A DNA stretch of 64,000 nucleotides from Microthyrium microscopicum (Eukaryota), in contig MU004233.1 of NCBI GenBank assembly GCA_010405405.1, forward strand, positions 1,439,122 to 1,503,121. The letters are read 5' to 3'. Of the stretch, positions 1 to 12,298 are shown piece after piece. Numbering within the stretch: position 1 is the stretch's first letter; each line of letters begins with the position of its first letter. The translations under genes and the position numbers were made by a program. A model generated the notes under the pieces. That model was not told the origin of the DNA. It saw only the letters and a list, made by a program, of their open reading frames with translations, and searched no databases.

Positions 1-709
1 TCTCGAATTTCTCGTACAATCATCAATCTCGAAGAAGCCGGGTAACTACGGCGTCATTCCCAACATCCATGTATCCGTAAACGTACCCGTGAATGTGCCT
101 GCTACCCGTAGCGTACCAAGTCAAATCCATTGGAATCGTTCCACGTGCAATACCCGAGAGAATGCACCTCTATAATTTAGGTTTCCGCCAAATTCTATCT
201 CAGCCAAAGAACTCAGGCTGTAATTGTATGTTGATCCTTCAGCAATGATAGAATGCCATCTAATGCCCGTGATTTGCATCATGACGGCTTGCAGCCATTA
301 TCAGATCTTATGAAAAATCGACAAGACTCACGACAGTTCAAATACCACGTCTCTGATCCTCCTGAAAATAACAGTGATTTTTCTTCCCCTAAAGGAGTAT
401 GCAAAAAGCAAGCACGCTCCTATCACAGAGTTGGCTTGAGTTAGAACATTGTGAGGCGTCACAGAGCAGAAGCATTAGGTAGAATCTCTTAGAAAACGGA
501 AGTACCCCTCTCCAGATCAGATCATGAGATCAATGTTGTTCCAACTAGTAGTTCTCCAACCCCTTTTATTAAACCTTAGATATAAGTTTTAGCAAATCTC
601 CCACAATTTGCAAATCGTTTCAATCACTCTTCGAAAGAGACTCAAGGGCAGTTCCAACTGAACTACTGTCTTCGCGCTATTGAGTGTTGTCACTCAAACT
701 TATACAGCC

Positions 710-1608
710 ATGTCCTCTAGTCCTGCTCTAGTCACTCCAAGCAAAGCCGACAAGAGGAAGCGCAGATCATCAACCTCTGAGCCTGAAGATTCCCCAATTC
801 CTTCCAGCAAAAAAGCTAAATCTCCAGTGAAAGCAACGCCAACTCTATCTCCGGAAGAACAAGAGGCATATCGAGAATATGCGGAATACCAGGCCACTTG
901 GGTAGACAGGTCAGATATAGAGCAAATGCTTACACCCGTTGACCAGGGCAACAGAACTGATTGGAGTGTATGGATATTTAACAATCAATGTAAACCTAAC
1001 ACTCGTTTCCCACCCACACTTGAAGAGATTCACAGAACTGAGGGTAAGCAAAGCGATACGCTACAAACAATTAGCTGACAAGGAGACACAGCAAAAGATT
1101 TCTACGAACTCAGGCAGGACGAGCTAGATACGCTGCCCCACAAGACATTTCAGACTCGCTACGACCCAAATAAGCCAGGCTGGGCATATTGTCATTTCGA
1201 TGTATTGCGTTTAGTCTATCGGAAGGAGGCTATGTGCGCGGGCGTACATAGGGAAGAGGGTTATGACCCTTCACAGCTTCTTCGCCGGGGAAAAGCTTTA
1301 TATATTAAGCGGTGAGTTTGATCATAATACACGCTGTGATATGGAATATCTAATAGCTATTTAGTCGAAAGAAGATGGCCAAAACTACGCGGTTACCCAA
1401 GTCCCCTAAGGTCTGGCGAAAGGTGAGCGGGAACATTAATCAAGGCCTGAGAAGTCAGAGGCTGCGGTACATGATTCTAGTCTTGTGGCTGAGATTGCGT
1501 GTGGGAAACACAGGAATCGATTTATGCAGGAACAAGAAGGGGAATGAAGTGGATGGTTTGAGAATCGCGGAAAGCGAGGTACTTCATACGGATCACTGGA
1601 TAATGTGA
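710..1608 (+). CDS. Hypothetical protein, paralog A of a tandem pair (3 exons: 710-1043, 1092-1311, 1365-1608; 3' end less certain)
   Basis: ATG at 710; GT..AG introns 1044-1091 and 1312-1364 with branch-like sites; spliced product contains EIHRTEAKDFYELRQDELDTLPHKTFQTRYDPNKPGWAYCHFDVLRLVYRKEAMCAGVHREEGYDPSQLLRRGKALY, closely similar to the gene at 2295-2913. Confidence 0.75.
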
Positions 1609-2294
1609 GAGACCAACTTCATATTCATATTACCTCCATATCGAGAAACTGTCAATTTCAAATCGCAGATGCTTCTATGAGGAGCCTTTTTCCATTCAAG
1701 ACCCAGGGGGGAGCAAAAGCTTGGGCTCATCTCCGTCTTTCGAAGCACTACTCCAATAGACGAGGAGGCATATCGTTCCTGGAAAGTGAAGATGATGAAT
1801 CAAACTGTATCTACTAGAAAGGAGAACTTCCATGAGCTCCACATCAAGATCTTGTGATGTTGCTGCCTGCGGACTGGCCCGAGTTATACTGCAAGCCTCT
1901 GTTACACAACCTTTCCACCATGAGGCCTTATCTCTCACATGCCCTCCAAGAACCTCATCAATTCGTCTGCCCCTCGACGAGGCTTGGAAGAAGCAAAAAA
2001 CTTGACTATTATGGAGCTTGCCAAAGTCACACAAACCCCTCAGAGCTCATGGGCCACCGTTCTCATGCGGAAGATGGGAGGTCCCCAACCTGAGAAGCAT
2101 AAGAAGCTGGTTTCCACCCTCTTTGGAATCTCAATTACATCTTTCTTCGATTCTTTGGGTTCACCATACCTTCCTACATAACTTCGAAGATTAGTGCCTT
2201 AATTGAAGCCTTACAAAACGACTCTGAAGCCAGACTCTCACCATAAAGCATTGCCTCCAACCTACTGACTGTAGGATCAAAACAAACTTGCACA

Positions 2295-2913
2295 ATGTCT
2301 ACCTTTCTAGCTCCCATCACGAACATCCCCCAAAATACCGCTGATTGGCACCAGTGGGTAGCTGCCAACAGGCACATGGACTACAACAACTACACTGGAC
2401 AAAAATATCAAGAGATACATCAATATGACGGTACGTAAACTGACCAGCTCTGAAATTGGTCTAACACTGCCATATAGCCCGACTCTTTTATGGTCTCACA
2501 CAAGCAGAGCTAAACACTCTGCCTCACAAGGAGTTCAGGAGTCGCTTCGACGAACGGCCTGGATGGGCCTATTGCCACTACAGTGTGCTCAACCTGGTCT
2601 ACCGAAAGGAAGCCATGATAGCTGGCGTGCACAGGGCCCAAGGATATGATCCAGCCTTACTATTGAAGCATGGAAAGATTCTATACGACGATTTGTAAGT
2701 AGAACATCATGCCCTCTACTACAACCTGTGAGTTGCTGATTGCTCCTTAGCCGACAACAGGTTGCTCAATTCCCTGAGCTACCACAGGGTCCCAGAGTCC
2801 AGACGAGGCCGTGGGCAGGTAATAGAAAAAGTGTCTTTGGAGATGGGGCTTACAATACATGGCTTGAAACCAATGAGATTCCTCCGAGCCAGACTGTGGT
2901 GTACGACCCGTAA
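2295..2913 (+). CDS. Hypothetical protein, paralog B of a tandem pair (3 exons: 2295-2430, 2478-2694, 2751-2913)
   Basis: ATG at 2295; introns 2431-2477 and 2695-2750; spliced product contains EIHQYDARLFYGLTQAELNTLPHKEFRSRFDERPGWAYCHYSVLNLVYRKEAMIAGVHRAQGYDPALLLKHGKILY; same intron positions and phases as paralog A; TAA at 2911-2913. Confidence 0.8.
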
Positions 2914-3442
2914 TCGCCAAATTTACGGACCATCTTCACAGCAAAAGTGCCGAGTGAGCCCGTTCGCACGCTGCCTGTCAATCAAAAAGAACAATTCGAG
3001 AATAGGATGGGCAAGATAGCGGCCATGGCGAGATATCCAAAGCCATCAAAGCTCCAAATGGCCATGACGATGGTGGGCTTGGTGACGACTTTAGTTAGAG
3101 TACGAATAGCATCATTAACATGCTCGAATGACCCAGACAACGAGAATGACTTTGACATAGTATTATGATTTGTTTCAGATGTTTGTATCAGGTATTTGTT
3201 CCAGCAGGTAGCCGATGAGTAGTGTTAAGTTCGAGTTCAGCGTGGGATATTGTGGAAGATCGATTTGTCGATAGCCTCCATATATCTGTTAGTATAGATA
3301 TCATTACATATATTAAGGGCATCTTCACATAGTTCGGACCTCAAAGCAACTGATCACCATGATCTGTAAATAAGAGTAGCATAGGAGGGCAAAAATAGCA
3401 ACCGCTCGAGAGCGTGCGTATGCGTATTAGTACAACAATATC

Positions 3443-3628
3443 ATGACGGACGAAGAACGCGAGTACTCTGTGAGGCCTGAGCATTCGCGATTCTTCCATG
3501 GTGATGATTATGAAGAGCATTCCGGTTACTGTGATATGAACGAAGAAGAGAGGCAGTTTTGGTATGAGGAACAACTTGCGCTTGAGCGTGAGGAGCTTGC
3601 TGGGCAGGCGAGGATTGTTTATTGTTAG
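3443..3628 (+). CDS. Possible small acidic orphan protein (61 aa)
   Basis: ATG-initiated ORF with biased E/D/Y-rich composition; no recognisable motif. Confidence 0.25.
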   Translation: MTDEEREYSVRPEHSRFFHGDDYEEHSGYCDMNEEERQFWYEEQLALEREELAGQARIVYC

Positions 3629-5154
3629 GAGCGTAGGTGTGACATGGAAGAGTTCAATGGGTGCCACTGGATGGCTACAATTTTGAATGGGCTAGGATGG
3701 TCGATAGAGGTATCGTTATGAAGAGCACGAGGTAAAATTCTATTGATTAGTCCTTGGATAGCTTGATTCTCAAGAAATTTTCTGCCGTATGAATTTGGTT
3801 TTCTCACACATACTTAAAGGCGAGCTTAACAATCCAGACCGTAGCACATGAGAGGATTGATACGGGCGGAAAGACTTGTCTCCAGCCCATCAACAGAACT
3901 ATAGACGTTTTCGTTGGGCCTTTCGAATAATCGTCGCGTTGAATGTACTGGTTCATCATGTCTCTTTAGAGATGACTTGATAGCGCAGCACTCATCTGAA
4001 GTCACAACATTTTACTCAAGCTCTAACATCAATTAGCGGCCACCTTGAGCATTTCAAGAGTTCTCGTATACCTATGAAGTCGATAGATCCCTAATGGAAG
4101 CTGAGATTGTCTAAAAGTTTGCCGACCTTCCGCACAACGTATCAAACAACATGCGAGATCAAGAGATATAAAGCGAAGAAGAAGCTTATGATCACAGCAA
4201 TTGCTCTCACGCTTTGGATGAGACTTGCCGGCTCTTTGGGGATTTGGTCATTCGTTTCCGTGTCGTCTGGCTGTAAACCGAGCATCTGTGTCAGCAGGGC
4301 GCTGCTGTCGGTCGGAAGAGTAGGATCCATGATCTGATGGTGCGAGATTAGTTCAAGGTTTCCAAAATCTCATATACATAAATGTTACTTACAGATGATG
4401 GATTGAATGTTGAGTCTCTTGAAATGATGAAGACTCTGAGTAGCTTTACAATATGAAAATAACATCCGACAAAACTTTGCAGTTGAAGCTACACGAAGCA
4501 GATACTGCATTCTTGGCTAAGCGCCAACATCGCCGCAGCAGTTAGACCACAAGCCAAGCAATTATTCTGTTGATTTTGGATTGTATGCACTGCGCTACCG
4601 CAGTCGAGTAAATCATAAAGTGCGGCTAAGTACCCACCCACTTGTTGATGAGGCGAGACTTCTGTAAAGCCACCTCTTCTTCAACCAATAGAAATGTAGA
4701 GCAACAGATATATATCTACCCATAAGTGGCGGTTTGCAACCGTAGCCCGGCCATCAGTTATGGACGTTTTGGCCTCGCTTTGCATCGAACCATCCACAAA
4801 ACAAGTGCCAATGTGATTGAATATCTCACTATCATCACTATCATCACCATCACACTTTTTCTCTGTTGGTCGAAGAACCAATGATAATCATATCATGTTG
4901 GTCATCCGGTTGGCCATCGTTTCGGGACGTTGTCCGGGGCCTCCAAACTGATATTTCGGGGGGTCATCTTCACAAAGACAGAGATGCTACTTGATCCATT
5001 CAAGACACTCTACTGTGCCGTTTTCATCCTTCGCAGGAGACGAAGCTTTCTCTACGGTCCATATCAGGTGATTGATATCCAGTTCGTGTCATGTCACCCC
5101 TTCTCCAGAATCGGGCAGCCAGGCAAAGGTTATAGTAATTGTGGAATGTCCAGG

Positions 5155-6276
5155 TCATTCTATGTGATGCCCCCAGACGCGATCCAGAAGCCAACGATGC
5201 GCAAATCGTTTCGGCGAAACACATTCAGGCAACCAATAGAACCAATCAGACTTTTCATTTGTTGATAGGCAGTTTGTCATTCGCACAGACTCCCACCAGT
5301 CAGGGTAGAAGCCAGAATGTTCCCAGTCGATCAACCCAACTATAGAGAAGTCACCAGACGGCGAATCATTGACCACAATATTCTCTAAATGCAGGTCTCC
5401 GTGAGTGAAAACTATTTCAGGCTTGTCTGATGGGAGCATTCGGCGGAGGAAGGTAATGGAAACTTCACTACCATAGTTTGGGTCTGAGAATTGGAAGCTT
5501 TCGAACCCTTCGGTATCTGATATTGGCCCCTTATGGTGTCTGAGCTGTCGTCGAAGATCCTTGCATCCTTCACTAGCTGTACCTCCTAGCTCACGTCCAG
5601 AAGATTGAAGTGATCGCAAGTCGATCAGTAGATTGCTTAGTTGTGTTTGGATATGACCTTTTGAAGATGGTGACAAAATTTTCCACACCGATGCTAGAGT
5701 AACACCAGGGTAGTAAGACATGAAAATAAAATGTGTGTTTTGCATCCGTAGTACTCCATAGGGTTTTGGGGCAGGGAAGTCAGGTTTGTGTAATACGAGA
5801 TACTCAAGAGTAGAGTATTCAGTAAGATCTTCGTCATCCGGGATAGTTTTGATGCATATGTCGAGGTTTACTCTGAGCAAAGCTCGCCATGGGGAGGCTG
5901 GAGACCGCCAGGTAACTTCACTCTTGCGAAGGAGCTCGACAAATTGAGGTGATGATATCTTGCTCTGATCTAAGAGGGAAATAACCGTATTTGACAGAGG
6001 GCGAACAATCGTCAACTCAGCACCTTCAAGCAAATCGTCGCGAAAATCTATAACCGGCGGTAGGGGAAAAGTAGATCTATCAGTTTTCTTCTCAGGAGAG
6101 CTTTTGGGAGAAGCTTATGTTTCCACGATAAGCATGAATTCCTGATCGACCGAGGGCAACATACCATCCACGCCTCGTTTGGCTGTTAATCGAGAGGTGT
6201 ATAAGCTCGGGAATTGAGTCAGCAGATCCACCTCTGGACTCTTCTCAAATGCTCTCTGCAGTTTCCTCAAAACCAT
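5155..6276 (-). CDS. Aminoglycoside phosphotransferase (APH)/choline-kinase-like protein
   Basis: Brenner-type motif FTHGDLHLENIVV and GLIDWEHSGFYPDWWE; upstream exon from ATG 6276 (MVLRKLQRAFE...) splices in frame across a GTATGT..AAG intron near 6114-6164. Confidence 0.85.
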
Positions 6277-6861
6277 GGAATTGAATTTGGCAGCTTCACT
6301 ACCGAGAGATTCTGACTGGCTTTTCCTCTTGTGAGAAACATTTCCTGCTTCGAGTCAGTGTGGTGCAGCTGAAGATGAGGTGTAGAACTACCTTTCTCGT
6401 CATCCTGATCTGTGTGAATAGATGGGATTGCCATACCGAGTGCTCTGCTAGGGTGGATTCGGTAAGAAGCCAGTAGTGGAATTGAAGGCAGAGCAGCGGA
6501 CCAAGAAGAGTGTCAATGGAAGCTTTCACGAATCACCGGTCAGTCTCTCCACCAGCATATCCCTGCCAGTCGAACAGGCCCGATTTCAGGTCTAGAAAAC
6601 GAGTAAGATCTGGAATATCTCAGAGACCACTTGATATAAAATGGTGTCAGTACCGTCTTCAAACTACTCTTTGATAAAAGAAAGCATTTTGACCGACCAC
6701 GAACGCGAATTCTAATGGGCTCGTGAAGATAGTAAGTACTGCTTTACCGAGGACTGATATCAAAGATCCAAGACAAGGCAATGCCCATAATGAGAACAAA
6801 GATGCATTAACAACAAAAACTATGCTACATAAAACTTTCATACGACGCTCATTACCATCAA

Positions 6862-9800
6862 TTAAATCATACCCGTAACCCGTCTCACTGTTCTTCTAGC
6901 ACCCTCACCAGCCAACATAACCTGTCCTTCACTTTCCAGTAGCCTCAATGCTTCCAACACTTCCGAGCTCTCAATCTCCGCACTCGCACCATCCGCCAAC
7001 TTCTTTACCACTTCAGATACTCTGACAGCACCAGTGGCACCACCTCTGAGCATATCATCCAACACACCCACAACGCCCTTCTTGAGATCCTCCTTGCGCC
7101 GGCGTTCAGACGCACTGACACCTTCCGTAAGCAGACCCATATCAATGAGACCAGTCCGTTGATCCGTAGCAGCTTGCTTGAGTGCGCTCTTGATCAACCG
7201 CACGGCTTCCATGACATCGGAGCGCTCCACGCTGGTACTGAGACGCATCTTGGCGTGTGCCTCGGCAAGACGCACCATGGACTCGAGTTGACGTGTGGTG
7301 GCGGTGATACGCTTCTCTTGCGAGCGCACGTCTGCGCCAAGCGCGCGCATTTCCACGTAGGCATCAACGAGGGCCTTGGAAGCGCCTTCGGTGAGTTGAG
7401 GGTGGATGTTGGCACGGGCGTATGAGATGTATGCTGTCAGAAATTCAATAGGCTAGAAACGGGATTAGTCTGAGACAAAGGTAATGTGGATGGGAAACGT
7501 ACAAGGATTTCTTCTTTTGAAGCGTTGGCGGGTGTGTCTTCAAGATACATGGAGACCAAATGCTTGGCTAGACGACGATCATTCATTTCGTCGACGCGGT
7601 CGAGGACTAGGTAGACCAGATCGAATCTGGAAAGAAGAGTGGGTGGGAGATCAATGTTTTGAGGGACTGGTAGATTGGGGTTGTACTTGCTGCCAATGGG
7701 ATTGGCGGAAGCGAGAATACTGGTTCGAGCATTGAGAGTTGTGATGATTCCGGCTTTGGCGATAGAAACTGTTTGCTGTTCCATGACTTCGTGGAGTACG
7801 GAACGAGTGGAATCGCTCATCTTGTCAAATTCGTCGATACAGCAGACGCCGCCATCAGACAAGACCAGTGCACCGGACTCAAGGACCAGCTGGCGCGTTT
7901 CTGGGTCGCGGGTGATGTAGGCAGTTAAGCCAACTGCAGAGGAACCCTTGCCACTGGTGTAGATACCACGCGGAGCGATTTGGTGAACGTACTTGAGGAT
8001 TTGCGATTTGGCCGTACTTGGGTCACCGCAAAGTAACACGTTAATATCACCACGATACTTTGGGTTTCCACCCTTCTCAAAAGATTTGTTGGTTCCTCCG
8101 AAAAGTTGAAGCATGATCCCCTTCTTGACATCGTCCAATTCGTAAATGCTCGGAGCTAGAGAGCGCGAAAGAAGATCATACACATCTGGTCGAGCTGCAG
8201 TTGACTTGATTTTGGCTTCCTCCTCTTCACTGATCTTGCGAGTCTCTTGGACATCGCCAGAGACCTGATCTGCCAATTCTTCTTCGATGGTAGACACATC
8301 AATGCCCATTCGTCTCTTGTCGGTCTTTTGTACGTGGACCGCATCAACATAAGTCTTGAACACGTTCTTGACACTACGCTGGCGAGGATTGACACGAACC
8401 TGATTCGCCTTGAAAATACCAGTAACTTCAATGCGATCACCAGCTTTACAAACATCAACAAGTTCATCGTAGACGCAAAGTGAGACTGAGTGAGGAGTTT
8501 GCCCATCTGGAACGTGATCTGGAGTTTCTTGTAGTTTGATGACTTGCTTGTCTGAAAAGGTTGATCGATTGTGAACCATTTGCATACTGTTGGATGAATC
8601 GCAAACTGGGCGTGGACATTTGACTGGCTCTGTAATCTTGCCTCGATCCAAATCTGCTTGAACAGTGTGATTGCAGACAGCGCACTTGAAGAAGGCTTCT
8701 TTCATGTCGGGAATGATTGGTGTTGTACGAATTACAAGACCTTTGACACTGACGAGTTTGTCCAGATCCTGCGGGTTAAGTTCTCGAAGATTGATGGTCT
8801 TCTCGAGTCCAAATGGTCGGACTCGGTAGGTCTTGTCTGCGACCTCGTCGACACGGTTTGGCAAACCCGCAAGGGCTTCTTGTACTCCACCGGCTGGTTG
8901 TCCATTTCCAATGTCGGAGCTGGGCATTGGTGGCAGGGAACTAGAGTCTCGTTGACGTGATGGTTGAGCAGCAGCTTGCTGAGCATTGAAATCTCGAAGA
9001 ATCTCTTGTCGCTCTTCATGGCCTTTTTGTTCTGCGAGCTCAATCATGACATCCTTGATGACTGTATCCACAATTGGAATGATTTCCTCCGGAAAGTTTT
9101 GCATCTGATACCAGAGCTTTCTGGTAGGAGGATATGCTTGCAAATTGCGCATATCCAGATTGAGAGTTGTGACACCAAACTCAAGCATAGCTTTCATCAT
9201 CTCAATGTATTCCTTGTTGCTGCCAGGATGATCTGCGTCGAGGCGACTTCCTTCTTCTAATTCACCGTCCTGAATAAGACGATATTTCTTCTGGAAGTTG
9301 CGAAGATAGTCGCCAAATGCATGCGCAGTGTCTGTGAGAGAGATATTGGTTCCCCAAACGACCATGTCATCACGACCACCAAGCGCTTCAGCGTCTGATG
9401 TACCGGGATTGGCATTGGAGAATGTGGCCGCATCTGAGGCGGAGGGGATTGGCATGCCGTTTGCATCGACCATCAGACGACGACGTCGCTGTGTATTCGA
9501 GTCCCAGAATTCGGATTGAATGTCGCCTCGGCGTTGGCGCGAAGATCCTGTGGTACTGTCCAAGGCATTGCGAACGAATAAAGAACTGCTTGAATGAGGT
9601 CCGTCTGTATGAGGACCTGCCGATGAACTGGGACCATATCGAATTGGCGATGATTCTATGAGAGCAAGTTAGTGCCTAGTTTCCGTAACAGTCTGTTTCA
9701 TTTTACCTCCTGGGTTTAGTCCGCGCGATGCCCGCGGCGTTCTATCGCCATCTGAATTGTTGGTCTGTTGTCGTAGCGGGGAGCTCACGTCTGGCAGACC

Positions 9801-10040
9801 GTTTGTGCCAGAAGGACCACGCTTTGGAGATGAACCGCCGTAAAATAAAGGCGAAGATGAAGCAATACCGCCAGCGGGTTGTCCTCGAGGGGTAGTACTG
9901 GTTTCTTGCGATGCATTGGATGCCTCTGAACGAAGCTGATCATTGGCATTTGAGGAGGGTGTAGCAGCCTGCGAACTGCGGCCTGCTCTACGAGGCGTCG
10001 CAGAATTGCGATTTGAACGACGAGATGATGGAGAAGACAT
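6862..10040 (-). CDS. MCM4: DNA replication licensing factor MCM4 (Cdc54/Cdc21), multi-exon
   Basis: S/T-P-rich N-terminus, IWGTN-like motif (VVWGTNISL), C4 zinc finger (CAVC...CPRPVC), Walker A GDPSTAKSQ, IDEFDKM, arginine finger SRFD, ATTRQLESMVRLAEAHA; KLQETPD..PDGQTPHSV and ATDxRTGLIDM typical of MCM4. Confidence 0.96.
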
Positions 10041-10115
10041 TTTTGCATGAATTGAGGTTGTTGCTTGTAAGAACAAGATCAATGAGTCCAAGGCAAAAGG
10101 AGGGACGATAGCTGA

Positions 10116-10138
10116 GCGCGTCGGGACACGCGACGCGT
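10116..10138. promoter_or_regulatory. Cluster of MCB (MluI cell-cycle box) elements upstream of MCM4
   Basis: GCGCGT at 10116-10121 and overlapping ACGCGA/ACGCGT (CGCGACGCGT, 10129-10138), about 80-100 bp upstream of the MCM4 ATG. Confidence 0.7.
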
Positions 10139-10534
10139 CAAAACACGCTAAAATTCAATCTCCGCCCAATCAGGTTAGCAACCATTTGGAAAGTCAACGT
10201 CTCGCTCCTCTCCAACCACTACTCTGAGCTGACTTCTCGGGCTGCACTCAGGTATTCTTTGTTTTAGAGTCGAAGCTGTGTTCAACCTCATCACATCAAT
10301 TACTGAAATGACCCTTGCGGTTTCCTACATAAGCGCAGCCGCATGCATACATTGAACGCCATCTGATTCCAGAGCATCACAGATATCCAAAGAAGAGCAT
10401 GAGACCAGAAGGTCCATTGCCAGTCTTTGCAATGAACTACATTCATTATCTTCCTTTCGAGCGTTGCTTCGCTAGTATTTATAATCCTCACTCATAGCTT
10501 CGTCCCATCCCGATATGATCCATCCACTATCAAC

Positions 10535-11124
10535 TCATTTTGGCGCGCTCGTCTTTTCCGCAACCAGAGTAATATTCGCAATATTCCTCGGCTGCTTCGT
10601 CACACCATCCCAATACCCAACATAATACACACCATCCGTATCCAGCCACATCACCCATTTCCTACCATCAGGCGCATTGCCATCCTTCACGCCCACCGAT
10701 CCTCCTTGTCCTAGCGTAAACACGCTCCACTCTGTGGGTGTCTGCGGGTCCAGTGTCTCGCCACGTGGATTGTCTAGATCTACGAGCCGCAATAAACCAT
10801 CTTTGCCTGACAGTCCAACCTGATGCGTGTCATCGCCGGGGTGTAAGCTCAAAGTGCCGCTGCCAGAGTAATCGGTGGCGAAGAACTTGCTGGCTACGGA
10901 GGCGGATTCGCGTGTTCCGGTGTATGCTCCGATTTTGCCAGATTTGGCGGAGAGATATTGATTGGAGAGGGTATTGATGTCGCTGGGATTATGTTACATT
11001 AGTAAAGGAATAATAATAGCAAGTGACTGACATACGATTGAGTTTTGATGGTATACCACTGTGCATTTGGCGGAACCGCCGCAGTGGCAAGGCTGAAGAG
11101 CGAGACAAGAATTGTAGCTTTCAT
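10535..11124 (-). CDS. Small secreted hypothetical protein (2 exons)
   Basis: Signal-peptide-like start MKATILVSLFSLATAAVPP at 11124; intron ~10983-11035 (GTATGT..CAG) joins in frame to ORF 10535-10852. Confidence 0.75.
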
Positions 11125-11962
11125 GGTAATTCTTCGGTAAATGATTCTGGCTCTGCTATGGGAAAGTAAAGACAAGTTGATAAGGGAAACTTTATTAGCA
11201 TTACAACAACGTAGGCTCTTCTCACTTTTATGGTCTTCGCAACTCCTCCCCTGCCTGTGCGAGAGGTCGACAAGGTTATGCGCAATGAAGCATCATCAAT
11301 GCCATGCTAAGTGGCACAAGATTCTGGAATTTAATGCTAATCATTTCGTCAATCGGGTAAGGTGGGGAAAGTACAGGCGAGTCAAATAGATTGATTTGAT
11401 ACCAACATTGAGAATTAAGGTAGTGGAATGCCCTTACTTGTCTGCTTAGGAGAGTGGCATTGCAGTGTCATACCCTGAGTTCCTTAATTATGTGTTGATC
11501 TTAATACAACAGTATTGAGCCCTTGCAAGCTGCAACTGGATTTGGTTGATTTCATATCTTTGGTCTTGCAATTTCGTCCTTCTGTTGAGAACGATTTAGC
11601 TAGTCTAGACAAGTTCCGTTGTATCAAACATGAAAAGTAGAATCTTGTTTCAATAAGTAAAACGAAGATCAAAAGTTCGAGTTATTACCATGTGCACCGG
11701 TCCAATAGATATATCCAATATTTGTTGGATGGTCAGCGTCTAGCCGGCTTTGCCCCTGTGAGCACTCGCCGTAGAGAGGTGCAGAATTTGGTTGAAGGGT
11801 ATTTCGTATTAGATATTATGTATTATAAAGATATGTCTATCTGTGTCTATTCGCTGAGATGTAAGCAATAGCAGAACGCTCAAATATTGAAGTTGCTCGA
11901 TTTTCCGCCGAAAGCATCGACATCCTCATCTTCCAATTGATATCGAACCAGATTATAGCCTA

Positions 11963-12298
11963 TTATAGTCCAGACTCAGCAGCGACAATTGACCCAGGTA
12001 TACGTCGTTTTGCAAGTCCAGCCTCAGCAGCAACAATCGAACCAGGAATATGTCTCTTAGCGAGTCCAGCCTCAGCAGCTATCATCGAGCCAGGTATACG
12101 TCGCTTTGCAAGTCCAGCCTCAGCAGCTATCATTGAACCCGGCATATGTCTCTTCGTGAGTCCAGCTTCCGCGGCGATGATTGATCCGGGCATATGACGT
12201 TCTTGAAGTGTACCAGCTGGTCCATTGGTAGATGGGACTGGCGTCGCTAGAGCCGGGAGAAGGGCGGAGAGGCAGATGAGGATGCTCAAGAAACGCAT
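11963..12298 (-). CDS. Secreted Kex2-processed repeat protein (KEP-type peptide precursor), 111 aa
   Basis: Signal peptide MRFLSILICLSALLPALA, propeptide ending LQER, then HMPGSIIAAEAGLT-KR-HMPGSMIAAEAGLA-KR-RIPGSMIAAEAGLA-KR-HIPGSIVAAEAGLA-KR-RIPGSIVAAESGL-stop. Confidence 0.9.
   Translation of the reverse strand: MRFLSILICLSALLPALATPVPSTNGPAGTLQERHMPGSIIAAEAGLTKRHMPGSMIAAEAGLAKRRIPGSMIAAEAGLAKRHIPGSIVAAEAGLAKRRIPGSIVAAESGL
11966..12196 (-). repeat. Coding tandem repeat, 48-bp unit x ~4.8
   Basis: Units differ largely at synonymous positions while the 16-aa period is kept. Confidence 0.95.

Noticed and set aside
11937..12197. Plus-strand repeat ORF (ASPASAAIIEPGI)
   Set aside because: Antisense shadow of the KEP repeats; the minus strand has the signal peptide and KR sites
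10535..12298. KEP plus neighbouring secreted gene as a dikaritin RiPP cluster
   Set aside because: No HxxHC-type UstYa/DUF3328, tyrosinase or transporter gene is recognisable nearby and the cores lack Tyr; the methyltransferase is ~48 kb away
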